A DNA stretch of 63,947 nt, counting the filler, from Malassezia furfur (lineage: Eukaryota): the NCBI GenBank assembly GCA_052055015.1. It is 6 parts of 6 records of this genome, joined end to end, with 100 filler letters (N's around TTAATTAATTAA, not from the genome) between each part and the next. Parts side by side here need not be neighbours in the genome. Positions count along the whole stretch, not along the records: positions 32,797 to 43,488 come from JBQJIT010000388.1; positions 43,589 to 54,272 come from JBQJIT010000389.1; 4 more parts are not named here. One strand, 5' to 3'. The position numbers and the translations under genes were made by a program. Shown here one piece after another: positions 32,697 to 43,846 of the stretch (the first letter of the stretch is position 1; every line of letters begins with the position of its first letter). The notes under the pieces are model-generated. The model was not told where the DNA came from and made no database searches. It saw only the letters and a program-made list of their open reading frames with translations.

Positions 32697-32796
32697 NNNN
32701 NNNNNNNNNNNNNNNNNNNNNNNNNNNNNNNNNNNNNNNNTTAATTAATTAANNNNNNNNNNNNNNNNNNNNNNNNNNNNNNNNNNNNNNNNNNNN
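32697..32796. other. Artificial contig spacer
   Basis: 44 N + TTAATTAATTAA + 44 N. Confidence 0.98.
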
Positions 32797-33117
32797 CGGC
32801 GCCGCGCGCGCCGCAGCGGGCGCAGGCTTCGACGCCACGCCAGACAGCGGGCGGATGAGCGCGTCCAGCGACGGCGCAGACGTCGTGCGCTTCGTAAACG
32901 GCGCCCAGCTCGCGTCCAGCTTGCGCTTTTTGTCTGCGTTAGGTCGCGGCGTACCTAGGTGGGTATTCGTGGCCTCCGCCAGCGGCGTCGGCGTGGCCGG
33001 CGCGTCCGCGGCGCCGGCCGCACACGCGGGCTCGGTCGCCTCGGGTGCACCGCTCCCGCGCGTATTCTCCGACCAGGATCGCTTCAGCATGCGCAGTCCC
33101 GATCGCGGCTCCGTCAT
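32797..33117 (-). CDS. 5' fragment of an unidentified protein
   Basis: MTEPRSGLRMLKRSWSEN...KKRKL runs open into the contig end. Confidence 0.5.
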
Positions 33118-33236
33118 GGTCCGCGAGACAAACCGCACAACGCCCACCACGCGCGCCGCGGCGCGTCGCGCCCACGTGCTAAATCGGCCGCCACGCCGCC
33201 TCCCATCGGGCGACCGACCGCTGCGCCGGGGCAAGG

Positions 33237-33613
33237 ATGCAGCACGCAGTGTACGTCGCGCGCTCCCGTACGCTCACACAGCACGCTCGCGATTCCGTGC
33301 CCGGACCATGCCGCGGCACAGACCGTGCAGCAGGTGATTGGCGTCGACAAGGAGCTGCGGCCCCACGACGTGCACAAGGAGCTGCGCATCGAAGACGGCG
33401 CGGACGGCACCGTCCTGCATGTGTACGTCGCACAACTCACGCAGCACGATGCGCGCCACAACACTTCGGCACCTGCGTCTCGCGCTGAACGCGTTTCTGG
33501 AGGACGCGGCGCTCATCCTGCGCACGATGCAGGCGTTCCAGCGCAGCGGCGCAGATGCAGGCACCGACGCCGAAGGACCGCTCGAGCAGGGCGCGACCGG
33601 CGTCGCGGGGTAG
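33237..33613 (+). CDS. PCC1: KEOPS subunit Pcc1/LAGE3 (two short introns)
   Basis: Spliced product TLAIPCP..AQTVQQVIGVDKELR...V.KEL...ATTLRHLRLALNAFLEDAALILRTMQAF. Confidence 0.85.
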
Positions 33614-33867
33614 GCGCCCGAGAAACGTACCGACGCCGTGGCGTCATGGCCCAATCGCTTGGGCCTCGTCCGCGTGTGCCATGCATCGCGTCCGCTGCGC
33701 GCACATCGCCTTCTTGGCCGGCCGCCTGCGGCGCCTCCGCCGCACCTTGTATACCATAGCAGCACCCTACCTAGTGCGCGCGCCATGCTACGTGGCCGTG
33801 CTTGATACCTGCCACACATCCCCTGCGCGGCGCGCCGACTCGCCCTACCGCTTGCACCCCCACCACC

Positions 33868-34311
33868 ATGTCGTCGGCCGCGCGGCCCCAGGCGATCCAC
33901 CACGCCGCGCACGGCGCCGTGGACCCCATGGCGCAGGCGTACCCTGCGCAAGCCGCGGCGCTCTTCCAGACGTACGTCGACTTGCGGTACGCGGCATCGT
34001 GGCGCGACCTGCGCGTCACCGAGGTCGTGCGCGATGCCTCTGGCGACGCACGCGCGTTTGGCGGACGGGGCTGGGCGCTGATCTGCGGCACGGCGCCGCA
34101 GGACACGCAGCCACAGGCGGTGCTGCCCATGTCGATTGAGCAGACGTTCGACACGGCGATGTACGTGGCACACTGACGCAGGTTCTCGAGCGTGTTTGCG
34201 CACCTGCCCGACGGCGTCGCTGCGACGCACCTGCTGCTGGCGATGATGTCATCCGACTCGACCGTCGTGTACTACAAGCTGTCGCAGGGCCTCGTGAAGC
34301 CCGTGAACTAG
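33868..34311 (+). CDS. SEN15: tRNA-splicing endonuclease subunit Sen15 (intron 34161-34181)
   Basis: FQTYVDLRYAASW, VLPMS and C-terminal LLAMMSSDSTVVYYKLSQGLVKP. Confidence 0.88.
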
Positions 34312-34328
34312 GGTATGCGCGCGCGAAA

Positions 34329-34906
34329 CTATCCAGAGCGGCTACCGATGCGCGCGAGGCCTTCTTCGCCCTGCTCGGCCTCCTCGACGCCGTCGCCCTG
34401 CGTCACGACACGCAGCACCGACTTTTTGCTCGTTTCCTGGATCTCGCCGGCGATGACGAGCTCGTCAAAGATCTGGTACGCCTTTTGGAAGTTGAAGATG
34501 CTGCATTAGCCATAGACGTACAGGTCGAGCTCGCACACGTTGCCAAAGTAGCGGTCGAGGATCTCGACGTAGCGGTGGATGACCTCGAGCGCGATCAGCT
34601 CGTTGTCGTCCGGCGCGATGCCCGTCACAAAGAAGAGCGACGCATACCGCCTATACACGATCTTCGAGTCTGCGTCAGTGGGCCGGTGTGCGCACCCTTG
34701 TATTCGATAAAGTTGCACATGCGCGACTGCGTCAGCGGCGCCCAACGTACCCTGCGCGCGAGCACGAGCTGCGTCACGTCTTTGACGATCTTCGACTTGC
34801 TCTTCTGGCTCATGGTGCTGTACCACTTCGACAGGCGCACCTTGCCCTGGCGCGAAATGAGCAGCGCCCACTGAATCTGCGGTGTGAGTCGTCCACGTAC
34901 CGCCAT
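34329..34906 (-). CDS. APS1: AP-1 adaptor sigma subunit (four short introns)
   Basis: [61 protein letters not shown]. Confidence 0.93.
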
Positions 34907-34977
34907 GGTCGTCACCTCTGAGACCCACCTCCACCTGACCGGCGCCTTGGATGCTGCCGCGGCACACGGGGCAGACG

Positions 34978-36808
34978 ATGGAGGAGGACAGCGTGCGCGC
35001 GCGGCTGGTACCGCTCGAGACCGAGCATGAGGTCGACGCACGCTCGCTGTGGCAGCGCCGTGGGATCACGCTGCTCACCGTCGACCCGTACCTCACCGAG
35101 GGCCCTGAAGCGCCCGCGAAGAACGAGCCAATTCCGCCGCCGCGCTGGTGGACGCGCGAGTTTCTCGTGTATTTTGTCGTGCTCTTCACCATCGGACCGT
35201 ACATGGTGTATGTGCCGATGCGTCTGAGCACGCCCGAAGGCAACGCCAACTTTGACGCGTTCGCGCACCGCCTCGTGCCCGGCTGGATGCAGGGACGCAT
35301 GCGCGACAACAGCGACTACCAGTACCGCCTCTTCCGCGACTACCTGCCGATGATCTTTCTGCTGATGGGCGTGTACTCGGTGCTCGCGTGGACCGTCAAG
35401 GGCACAGCGCATGTGCTGCGGTGTACGCTCGCGCAGCGCTTCGCTGTGCGCCAGGCGTTCTGGGGCGCAATGGGCGTGGTGTGTGTGGGCGCGATGCACG
35501 GCAGCAACGCGCCCAAGCTGCTTGCGCTCGCGCTCGGGAACTATGCGCTCGCGCGGCAAAGCACGCGCCTCGTTCCGTGGGCGGCGCGCTCGGTGGTGTG
35601 GGTGTACAACTGCGCGATGCTCTTCTTCGTGTTCTACACCGAGGGCGTGCCGTATGCGCGGATTTCGCCCGCGCTCGCGTGGCTGGTGCGTGCAAAGGCT
35701 GACACAGGACGCGTACGCTGGGCTGTTGCCGCGCTGGTACATCAACTACAACTTTTCGATGCTGCGCTTTGTGTCGTATGCACTCGACTACCAGTGGGCG
35801 GAGGCGCAGACCGCGCAGGACGCGCCGCGCGAGCTCGCGCCGGGCGTGCCCGACGCACGCACACGCGCGCGGCAGCACCGTCCGCTGCAGGAGTACGGCG
35901 TGCGCGAGTACCTCTTGTACATATTCTACCCCCCCCTGTTCATCGCCGGCCCGATCATGACCTTTAACGACTTTGCCGCGCAGCTCCGGCGGCCGCTGCC
36001 CGTGCGGGCGACGCACGTCGCGATGTATGCGGTGCGGTGCGCACTGCTGCTGCTTGCGATGGAGTTTGTGCTGCACTACATGTACGTCAACGCGATCAAA
36101 AACGCACACGCCTGGGCCGACAACACCCCGATGGAGCTGAGCATGATCGGGTTCTGGAACCTGATGTTTGTGTGGCTCAAGCTGCTGCTGCCCTGGCGCG
36201 TGTTCCGGCTGTGGGCGCTGCTGGACGGTGTCGACCCGCCCGAGAACATGATCCGCGCCATGTTCAACAACTACTCGGCCATGGGCTTTTGGCGCTCGTG
36301 GCACCGCAGCTACAACCTGTGGGTCGTGCGGTACGTGTGGTGACTCATTTAGGTATATCTACATCCCCGTGGGCGGCTCGCGCAACCTGCTGCCCGCCGT
36401 GCTCCTCGTGTTTACGTTTGTGGCACTGTGGCACGACCTGTCGTTTACGCTGCTCGCGTGGGCGTGGCTCATTACGCTCTTCATCGCGCCCGAGGCCGCC
36501 GCGCGCTATGTGCTGCCGAGCCGCACGTACGGCGCGCGGCCGTGGTATCGGCACGTGTGTGCGCTCGGCGGCGCGCTCAACGTGCTCATGATGATCACGG
36601 CGAACCTCGTGGGGTTTGTGGTGGGCGTCGACGGCGTCAAGTACCTCTGGTCGCAGCTCGTGCGCAGCCGCGCGGGGATGCTGTTCCTCGCCGAGGCGGT
36701 CCCGACGCTGTTTGTCGGCGTCCAGCTGATGTACGTTGCACACACTGACCGTCCAGGTTCGAGTACCGCGCCGAGGAGCTCCGGCGCCACATCCAGCGCA
36801 AGTGTTAG
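34978..36808 (+). CDS. GUP1: MBOAT O-acyltransferase Gup1 (three short introns)
   Basis: [64 protein letters not shown] and FEYRAEELR. Confidence 0.92.
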
Positions 36809-38880
36809 CACCACGCCGAGGGGATCGTAGCGAGGCACTTTTTCCAGCGCTCCAGGCGCCCGCACTCTTCGTGCGCGACGATCGGCAAAATTGTCTCGGA
36901 CGGAAGGCGCGCAGACGGCAGCGGCGTCGTGGGGTCGTTCGTCGGCGCGTACGCCAAGTCGCGGATCTTGTCCATGCTCGACGTCGACGCCAGGACAGTG
37001 CGCCCACCGAGGCGCGCAAGGCGCTGCTCGGCGTCGCACCAGAACATCACCCACGCCGACTCGGCGGGCATTGGGGCGCCGGGCGGCACGGCAAACGACG
37101 GTGCGAGACGCACAAACCCATTGCTGCGCTCAAAGTACCACCGGTTGATGGGGTTCGCCGCGCGGCTCTTCCACACGAGATCGCGGCCCATGCCCACGCC
37201 GTTCTTGCCGCCGTTGTTGTTCAGCGCGTCGAGCAGGCCGAGGCCGTGCACCTCGTCGCGCAGCGCGCCCCACAGAAAGTCGACCGCGCCGCTGCCCTGC
37301 AGCTTGGGCAGGATGGCGAACTTGTCGAGGTACGCAATCGGCTCGGCGTCCGGCGGGTCGTCCGGCGCATACTCGTTGGTGACGATCGCCATCCCGTCGT
37401 AGTCGCCCGTGACGATGAGGAAGTCGAGCTTTTCTTCGAGGCGCGCAAAGTAGGCGGCGCGGTGCAGCGTGCGCCGGAAACTCTTTTCGAGGAGGTGGTG
37501 CAGCTTGTCGTGGTCAATGTCGGCCCAGCGCGTCAGCACGTGGATCGGCAGGCCGCTGCGCAGGATCGTCGGCGTGTCGCGTACGTCCTTGGACCGCGCG
37601 AGGAGGCGCTGCGGCAGGCTCGGCGAGTGCGCCGCCTTGTTGGTGATCAGATTGGCAATCAGGCTGCGTGGCGAGCGGTGCGTCACCATGACGCCGCTCG
37701 ACGTCGGCGGCATGTATGTGAGGCAGTCGCGGATCATGTCGAGATTCGACAGCGCGGTCGGATGGGTATCATTCCACACGAACGACGAGCGTATGGAGTC
37801 GTATTCCGAGCGCAGGTTGATGGACAAATGAGGGTTGCCGCCGCGCGCGTGCGACGGAATGCCGCCCTCGCGGTTGATCACCATGAGCCGCAGCGGCGTC
37901 ACGTCGACGGAGCAGTGCGGCTGCAGCACTGTCTGGCGCTTGCCAACGTACGCCATCTCGCGCGCGAGCGCGACCATCACGTCGTCCGCCTCGACGCACA
38001 CGGTGCGCAGCGGCCCCGGCTTCGATGGGTCGCCCGGCTGGCAGTCGTCGTACAGTGCCAGGGGTATCAGCACAGGCGTCTGCCCGGCTTCCAGCGCACG
38101 GAACACGCCGTCGAAGGCGTGATCGGCGGCGAGCGGCGCACGGCGCGCCAGCACCGTGGCACTCTCCTGTCCGTCCTCGGTCGAGGGGGGGAGCGACTGC
38201 GCCGCGCCGATGCGCAGTACTGCGTGCCCAAACGGGCGGGGATCGACGCCCGCGCGCGTAAAGAGGTTCGATGTATGCCACAGCTCGCGCACCATCGCGT
38301 TGCGCTGCCCCAGCTCCTCCCACCCACACGTCGTCGCCGCGTCGTCTTCGTCGTCGGCGTGCGCGCCGAGCCACCGCCGGATGTCGGACGACTCGGGCTT
38401 CACGAGACGGCCCTCGGCGTCGTAGCGCGCAACCGACCGCCAATCGACATGATCAAGCACCACCACACACAGCAGGCCGAGCTGTTTCAGGTACGCCAGC
38501 CCCTCGGCGATCGATGACAGCTGGCGATCGGTAAATGGCCCCTGGAGCTTGACGAGCGCCGTGTGCGTCTCGGCGAGGGAGTCGACCTCTTCGTTGCCCG
38601 ATACGCGGTCGGCGACGATCGTCGCGTCCTGGCGCAGATCGGGTGCGCCGATGTACGCGTCGGGCGTGGGTGCGCGCACGCCCGGCGCCGGCGACGTGGG
38701 CGACGCGGGCGTCGACGGCCCTGCACGCGGCACAGCGGCCTGCGCGGGGGCCTGGGAGAAAAAGTCGGGCTGCACCCGTCGCGGCCGCCGCCCAAACAAA
38801 TTGAGGTACGACTTGACGTCGCGCGACGGTGGCCGCGTCTTGAGCACCTCGAGGATGAGCTGTTGCAGCGGCCGCGACAT
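36805..38880 (-). CDS. ARG2: Fungal mitochondrial N-acetylglutamate synthase
   Basis: RDVKSYL, GGIPSHAR..H..INL..EY, LIANLITNK, YLDKFAILP...G..DFLW, WKSR..NPINRWYFERSNG. Start uncertain. Confidence 0.85.
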   Translation of the reverse strand: MSRPLQQLILEVLKTRPPSRDVKSYLNLFGRRPRRVQPDFFSQAPAQAAVPRAGPSTPASPTSPAPGVRAPTPDAYIGAPDLRQDATIVADRVSGNEEVDSLAETHTALVKLQGPFTDRQLSSIAEGLAYLKQLGLLCVVVLDHVDWRSVARYDAEGRLVKPESSDIRRWLGAHADDEDDAATTCGWEELGQRNAMVRELWHTSNLFTRAGVDPRPFGHAVLRIGAAQSLPPSTEDGQESATVLARRAPLAADHAFDGVFRALEAGQTPVLIPLALYDDCQPGDPSKPGPLRTVCVEADDVMVALAREMAYVGKRQTVLQPHCSVDVTPLRLMVINREGGIPSHARGGNPHLSINLRSEYDSIRSSFVWNDTHPTALSNLDMIRDCLTYMPPTSSGVMVTHRSPRSLIANLITNKAAHSPSLPQRLLARSKDVRDTPTILRSGLPIHVLTRWADIDHDKLHHLLEKSFRRTLHRAAYFARLEEKLDFLIVTGDYDGMAIVTNEYAPDDPPDAEPIAYLDKFAILPKLQGSGAVDFLWGALRDEVHGLGLLDALNNNGGKNGVGMGRDLVWKSRAANPINRWYFERSNGFVRLAPSFAVPPGAPMPAESAWVMFWCDAEQRLARLGGRTVLASTSSMDKIRDLAYAPTNDPTTPLPSARLPSETILPIVAHEECGRLERWKKCLATIPSAWC

Positions 38881-39132
38881 GCTCGTCGGGCGCCAGAGCA
38901 AAGCGGCTGGCCGGCGTCAGTGCGCAACGATCCGCGGCGCCTGCGTGCTTATGCAACTATGACTCGGCCGTGCGATTGGGCGTGCCATGGCGGTGTCGGC
39001 CAAGCGTGCGGCGGGCGCGCCGGGGGACTCGCAGCAGGTGGGATGCGTGGGAAAAGGGGGGGATCTATTCGTAGGCGACTAAAACACAAGAAGGATCGTG
39101 ACATCAGGCGCAGAGACACAGCGGTGTGTGCC

Positions 39133-39869
39133 TTAGCTGCTGGCGCCGACCACGTTCATGAAGAGCTGCTCCTGCGGCAGCATGTTCGGCGGGTCGTACA
39201 CCAGGTACAGCTTCGCGTACGGCTGCCCGTCGAACGCATACATCTGCATGCTGTACACCGTCTCGTCCTCGTCTCCGTTCCCCAGGAACGCAGGCTGCGT
39301 CTCGATGAAGGTCGACCAGTTGCTAATGAACTCGGTTCTGCCGTCAGCACACACGCCACGTACTCCGAGTAGACGCTCATCTGCACCCGCGTCGCATCGG
39401 GGTTGCACGGGTTCACCGTCTGCACCGCGCCGTCACCCTTGTACGGGTTCATGGTGATCGTCGACGTGTTCGACACATAAGTTCCGTGCTGCCAAATGAG
39501 CTGCACTTCGAAGCAGCCGGGCCTTTCCGCTGCGATGAGCACACGCACACACGTACCGTTCGACGTGTACGACAGCTTGGCCATCTCAAAGTGGCCGTCG
39601 TTGGTGAAGCTGTACGAAATGCCCGCCGCCGGAGGCACCGTAAATTGCTTCATGATGGGGTTGTAAAACATCTGCGTCAGCTACACCCCACGCACCGTGT
39701 TCCCGTTACGGCCCGTGAGCACCTGCTGCGAGCCACTGCTCCATGTCCCCACGATCGAGTGCTGGTCCTCCGGCTTCATCGGGGGATCCGCGCGAACCAC
39801 AAGGAAGAGGCCGAACAGCAGGAAGAGCGGCCATGCTGCCAGGCCAGAAATGCGCAACACAGACACCAT
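39133..39869 (-). CDS. ROT1: ER chaperone Rot1 (three short introns)
   Basis: Signal peptide, GTWSSGS..VLTG, PAAGISYSFTNDGHFE, WQHGTY, LYLVYDPPNMLP. Confidence 0.88.
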
Positions 39870-40161
39870 CTTGCAGTCGTTTGTTGTGTAGGCGAGGGCT
39901 CGTTGGTATACTGCTCGCCGTCTTCCGTGCCGCAGGCTGGCTGTACAGGTACAAACGCAGCGTAAAAAGCGGCGCGGCGCGTACGACGGCTCGGCGCGCA
40001 CCGCGCTCGACCCGTTCGGCCGAATTCAGGGCTGCACACGCCTCCCCTGAACGCGTGCATGCATCCTTGCGCGGCGCGCAGGGTGTGGAGGCCGGCTGGC
40101 GCACGCACACGGAGCGCAGCCGCGGCACGCACACCGAGATACGTGGGATGCGTTGATCGCT

Positions 40162-40573
40162 CTACTGTACAGGTATCTCGTTTCTAGGGGGTTGCGTAGA
40201 GAACAGACGATGAAGCGTGTCCATATCCACATTCAGGGCCCGGCGAATCTGGCGTAAGTGTGCGGCCACGTACGGGCTTGAAACAGTGCTCGCCCTCGCC
40301 AAAATCGGCAAACAGCACAAAGTAGACACAGGTACCGGTTGCGACTGTTCCTGCGATGAGCTGCATGACACGCTGCCACATCGCCGGGGTCGGGTCCTCG
40401 GGCAAATAGGGGCCACGCGGCGGCTCGACGTCGCTCGCGCGCGGCGCGCACGACGAAAAGGTGCGCGCGCAGCCAGCACGCGGCACACTCACGGTGTGTC
40501 CCGCGTACCTTGCGCATGCGGGATACGCAACGCGCGCTGGGCCACGCACGGCACGCAAACCACTCGCCCACAT
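40162..40573 (-). CDS. Small single-TM, probably mitochondrial, hypothetical protein (intron 40249-40273)
   Basis: Arg-rich presequence, TM segment, VLFADFGEGEHCFKP|IRR. Confidence 0.6.
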
Positions 40574-40651
40574 TGCGTACGCCAGAAGATCGTCGCGCGC
40601 AAAAAAAAGAATGCCACGTGGGCCTCTACGAAAGGGAGGGGGTATGTACCG

Positions 40652-41393
40652 TTACGCGCCGCGCGCCTTGAGCGCCATGATCTGGGTCAGTGGGGATGGC
40701 ACGACGTACAAGCTGCACCTTCTTGCGGATCATGTCCGCAAAGCGGCGGCGGTGGCGCTCCGAGCGCAGACGGCGCCGTTTTTGGTTGGGCTTCTCGTAA
40801 CGCTCCTCGAGACGCAGCTCGCGGCGCACATTGTTCCGCCGGAGCGTGCCCATGAGGTTGCGGTAGAGCATCGCGGCCGAGCTGTTCCCAAACGAGTTGG
40901 CCGCCGACACGGTGCGGCCGGTCGTCGGCGTCGCGGGCTTCGCCGGCCCGATCGTCTGCCGCGCGCGGAACTCGCTCTCCAGCTGGTCCATAATCGAGCT
41001 CGACAGACCCTGGTCTCCGGCCGACCCGGGCCAGCTGTCGAGCTGTGCGCCTAGCGCGTCGCGCGACCGACGCAGCCGTGCATCGGCGCTGGCACTGTCG
41101 ACGGGGTCCACGACAATCGTATTCAGCATCTGGTCCCACAGCGCCGCACGCGACGCTTCCGTGTTTTCCTCCGCGGGCGCCTCGCCCTGCGCAGGCTGCT
41201 TCGGCGCGTCCGCGGCCGGTTTCTCTGCGTCGACCTTCTCGGCCGCATGCGGCGCCGACGTGCTAAGCCAGCGCGACGAGAAAACGGCGAGCGGTGTGGT
41301 CCGCATAGGCATCGCCATGCGTCCCGTTTGCGCAACTGTGGGAATACCGTGGCGCATCCACGCACTCATGCCCTGGCGTAGTGCGGCCGACAT
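40652..41393 (-). CDS. MRP21: Mitochondrial ribosomal protein bS21m (intron 40682-40709)
   Basis: Presequence, then GRTV...LRRNNVRRE...RYEKPNQKRRRLRSERHRRRF. Confidence 0.85.
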
Positions 41394-41494
41394 GCTGGAC
41401 ACTGGAGCGAAGGAAGACGGCCGACGGCGCACGAGTGCTGAGATCACGTGCACACCTCCGCCCGGCGCGCGACGCGCCCTGCGACCGTTGGACC

Positions 41495-41782
41495 ATGGCG
41501 CCGCCGATCGAGAATCCCTACGTACGTGTATGCAGCTAACAACAGGAAGAGCGGCAAACACTGTTGCTGGAGCGGATTATCAAGAATGTGGATTTGCTCG
41601 ACGAGGCGCTCCAGGAGCTGAACCGCTCGGTCGCCGAGATCAACAACCAGAACCAAGAGATCACGATCGTGGCCGAGATGTGGAATGGCTACCACCGGAA
41701 CGTTGAGTTCAACCTGCAGAATATGGAGACGAGTGCGGCGGCCGGCGCAGGCGCGGGTGCCGGCCCTGGCGCGACCGCGTAA
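41495..41782 (+). CDS. DAD4: DASH/Dam1 complex subunit Dad4 (intron 41522-41545)
   Basis: IENPY|EERQTLLLERIIKNV..L.E...ELN...MWNGYHRNVEFNL. Confidence 0.9.
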
Positions 41783-42023
41783 TCGGCCGCTCTTGCGGGG
41801 GAGGAGGAGCCGACCCTTCCGTGCATAGCCTATGTATTGTATATTGTGTCTGCCGACCTTGGCGCGGCGCGCGGGCCGCGGCGGTACAACGCTTGGCGTG
41901 CGGGCCCTGTTCTGGGGCGCGTATGCCAAGAGGTCGGCGCTCCGATGGAGCCAGGTACCGCCGCTGCGCGATGACTAATTAGATGTCTAGTTGGCTCGAG
42001 GGCGCCAACGTTTCCTAACGACA

Positions 42024-42826
42024 ATGTTGGCCAAGACGCTGGCGGTACTGAGCCTGTTGGCGCAGGTTGTCGTGGCGGCGAACTCGTCTTCGCCCTACGT
42101 GAACCCCGCGCAGAATGGTGGGCAGCAACTGACGGTACGTTGGCGATGCTCTGACCGCAGCTTCAAAAGGAGCCGCTGAACGTGATCGTGTCGGGCGAAT
42201 CGGACGCGTACGCGCTCACCAGCGACGGATTCGAGAGCTTCTACCGCGCGATTGGGTTCGATGTGGGCAGCTGTGCAGGCAGGTCCTCGAACGACACGCA
42301 GCGGGCAAACCTGGGCGACGGCAACGGCAACGTTGTGCAGGCGGGCATTGCGCGCTGGGGCAACGGGTGCATCGAGTCGCTCACGGGCGGCAACCACTTC
42401 CGCTACTGGGTGCAGAACGGCACGCGTGCCAACACGGGCGCCATCTTTATTGCCGCGTCCGTCGAGGAGCCCATTCGGCAGAACCACATGATCGTCTCGA
42501 ACGGCTACGACCTCGGCCGCGACTGGCTCGTGGGCAACGCGACGCAGGGCACGCGCACCGACAACCAGACCGGGAACGAGTTCACCACGAGCGTCGTCGC
42601 GAACAACACGTCGCTGCTCCGCGGCGTGTCGTCCAGCTCGCTGAACCACGACATTGGCACGGACGGCGTCGTGCGGATTTTGCGCGTGCGCGTGACGCAG
42701 GGCAGCGGCAACTCGCAGCAGTCGAGCGAGAATGCACAGACGGGCCTCGCGTCGTACCTGCCAGGCGCAGCGACGGTGGGCGGCGCGCTGCTCGCGGCGC
42801 TGGTGCCCGTGCTCGTCGCGGCTTAG
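42024..42826 (+). CDS. Secreted/GPI-anchored protein of unknown function (intron 42135-42160)
   Basis: Signal peptide, EPLNVIVSG, GGNHFRYWVQNG, GYDLGRDWLV and hydrophobic C-terminus. Confidence 0.75.
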
Positions 42827-43009
42827 AAGCGCGCGGAGGGCGTCGCCTGTGCACCAACCGTGTGCCACTAAATCCAAAGGTAGCTACGTAACGCAAGAGA
42901 GAGAACGAGTGCACTGTACAAGCTTCGCCCGCCACGCAGCGCGGCCAGCCGCCTCTTTCCAAAACGAGTGAGAGCAGGGACCCATTAGCGAGCCGAGGGG
43001 TCGGGTCGT

Positions 43010-43488
43010 CTACGCGCGCGACTGGCGCTGCGCGGCGTTGGTCGAGCCATGTGTATCGGCAAAGGTCGGCTGGTGGATAAACGCACCCACGGGCGACAGT
43101 GCGGTGCCGCCGGCCGACGCATTCGCGGGGCGCATGTGGAAGGCCGTAGGAGGCGGCGGGTCGTCGGTGAGGTGGCTGACGCCTGCCGCTGCGTACGGGT
43201 TCTCGCCGGCGATCCAGCCGTCCATGTAGGACGAGGGCCACATGTTCGGGTCCGCCTGCTGGTACACGTCGGGGCGCACGTCGGGGCGCGCCTCCTGCGA
43301 CACACGGCGGCGCGGCGGAGAGGACATGGGGCTCTCGTACGTGGGCGAGTGCGTCGAGCGCACGGGCGACGACGCCGACACGCCGATCGCCTCGTCGGCG
43401 GCCGCGGCCATGTGGTCACTCGACGAGCCGCGCTCGGGCGGCATGCGCGAGGCGCCCGAACGCTGGCGCGTCGCACCGGAGCGGCGCG
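43010..43488 (-). CDS. 3' fragment of an unidentified low-complexity protein
   Basis: Open frame from the contig end. No family recognised. Confidence 0.35.
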
Positions 43489-43588
43489 NNNNNNNNNNNN
43501 NNNNNNNNNNNNNNNNNNNNNNNNNNNNNNNNTTAATTAATTAANNNNNNNNNNNNNNNNNNNNNNNNNNNNNNNNNNNNNNNNNNNN
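43489..43588. other. Artificial contig spacer
   Basis: 44 N + TTAATTAATTAA + 44 N. Confidence 0.98.
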
Positions 43589-43846
43589 GCGCTTGAGAGC
43601 ACCCTGTTAGCCATCACCCCACACGGAAAGACATCAGATGCGTTATTTAAGAGAAACCAATTTAGTGTTTTGATTGCGCATATTATTCGCCAAATTTCTC
43701 TCAGAGGCTTGGCACGACCGTACTCGGGGTCGTCCATGCAGCCGTCCGTTTGGCACGCGCCACGGCCGTATCCAAAGCAGCATATGGGACAAACAAAGAT
43801 AAACATTACGAAACATGACATGACCAAGGAAAGCTATAGGGGAGAT

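Noticed and set aside
33237..34311. PCC1 next to SEN15 as a tRNA-processing cluster or read-through fusion
   Set aside because: Each has its own ATG and stop, and I found no convincing linking intron. The adjacency is probably chance.
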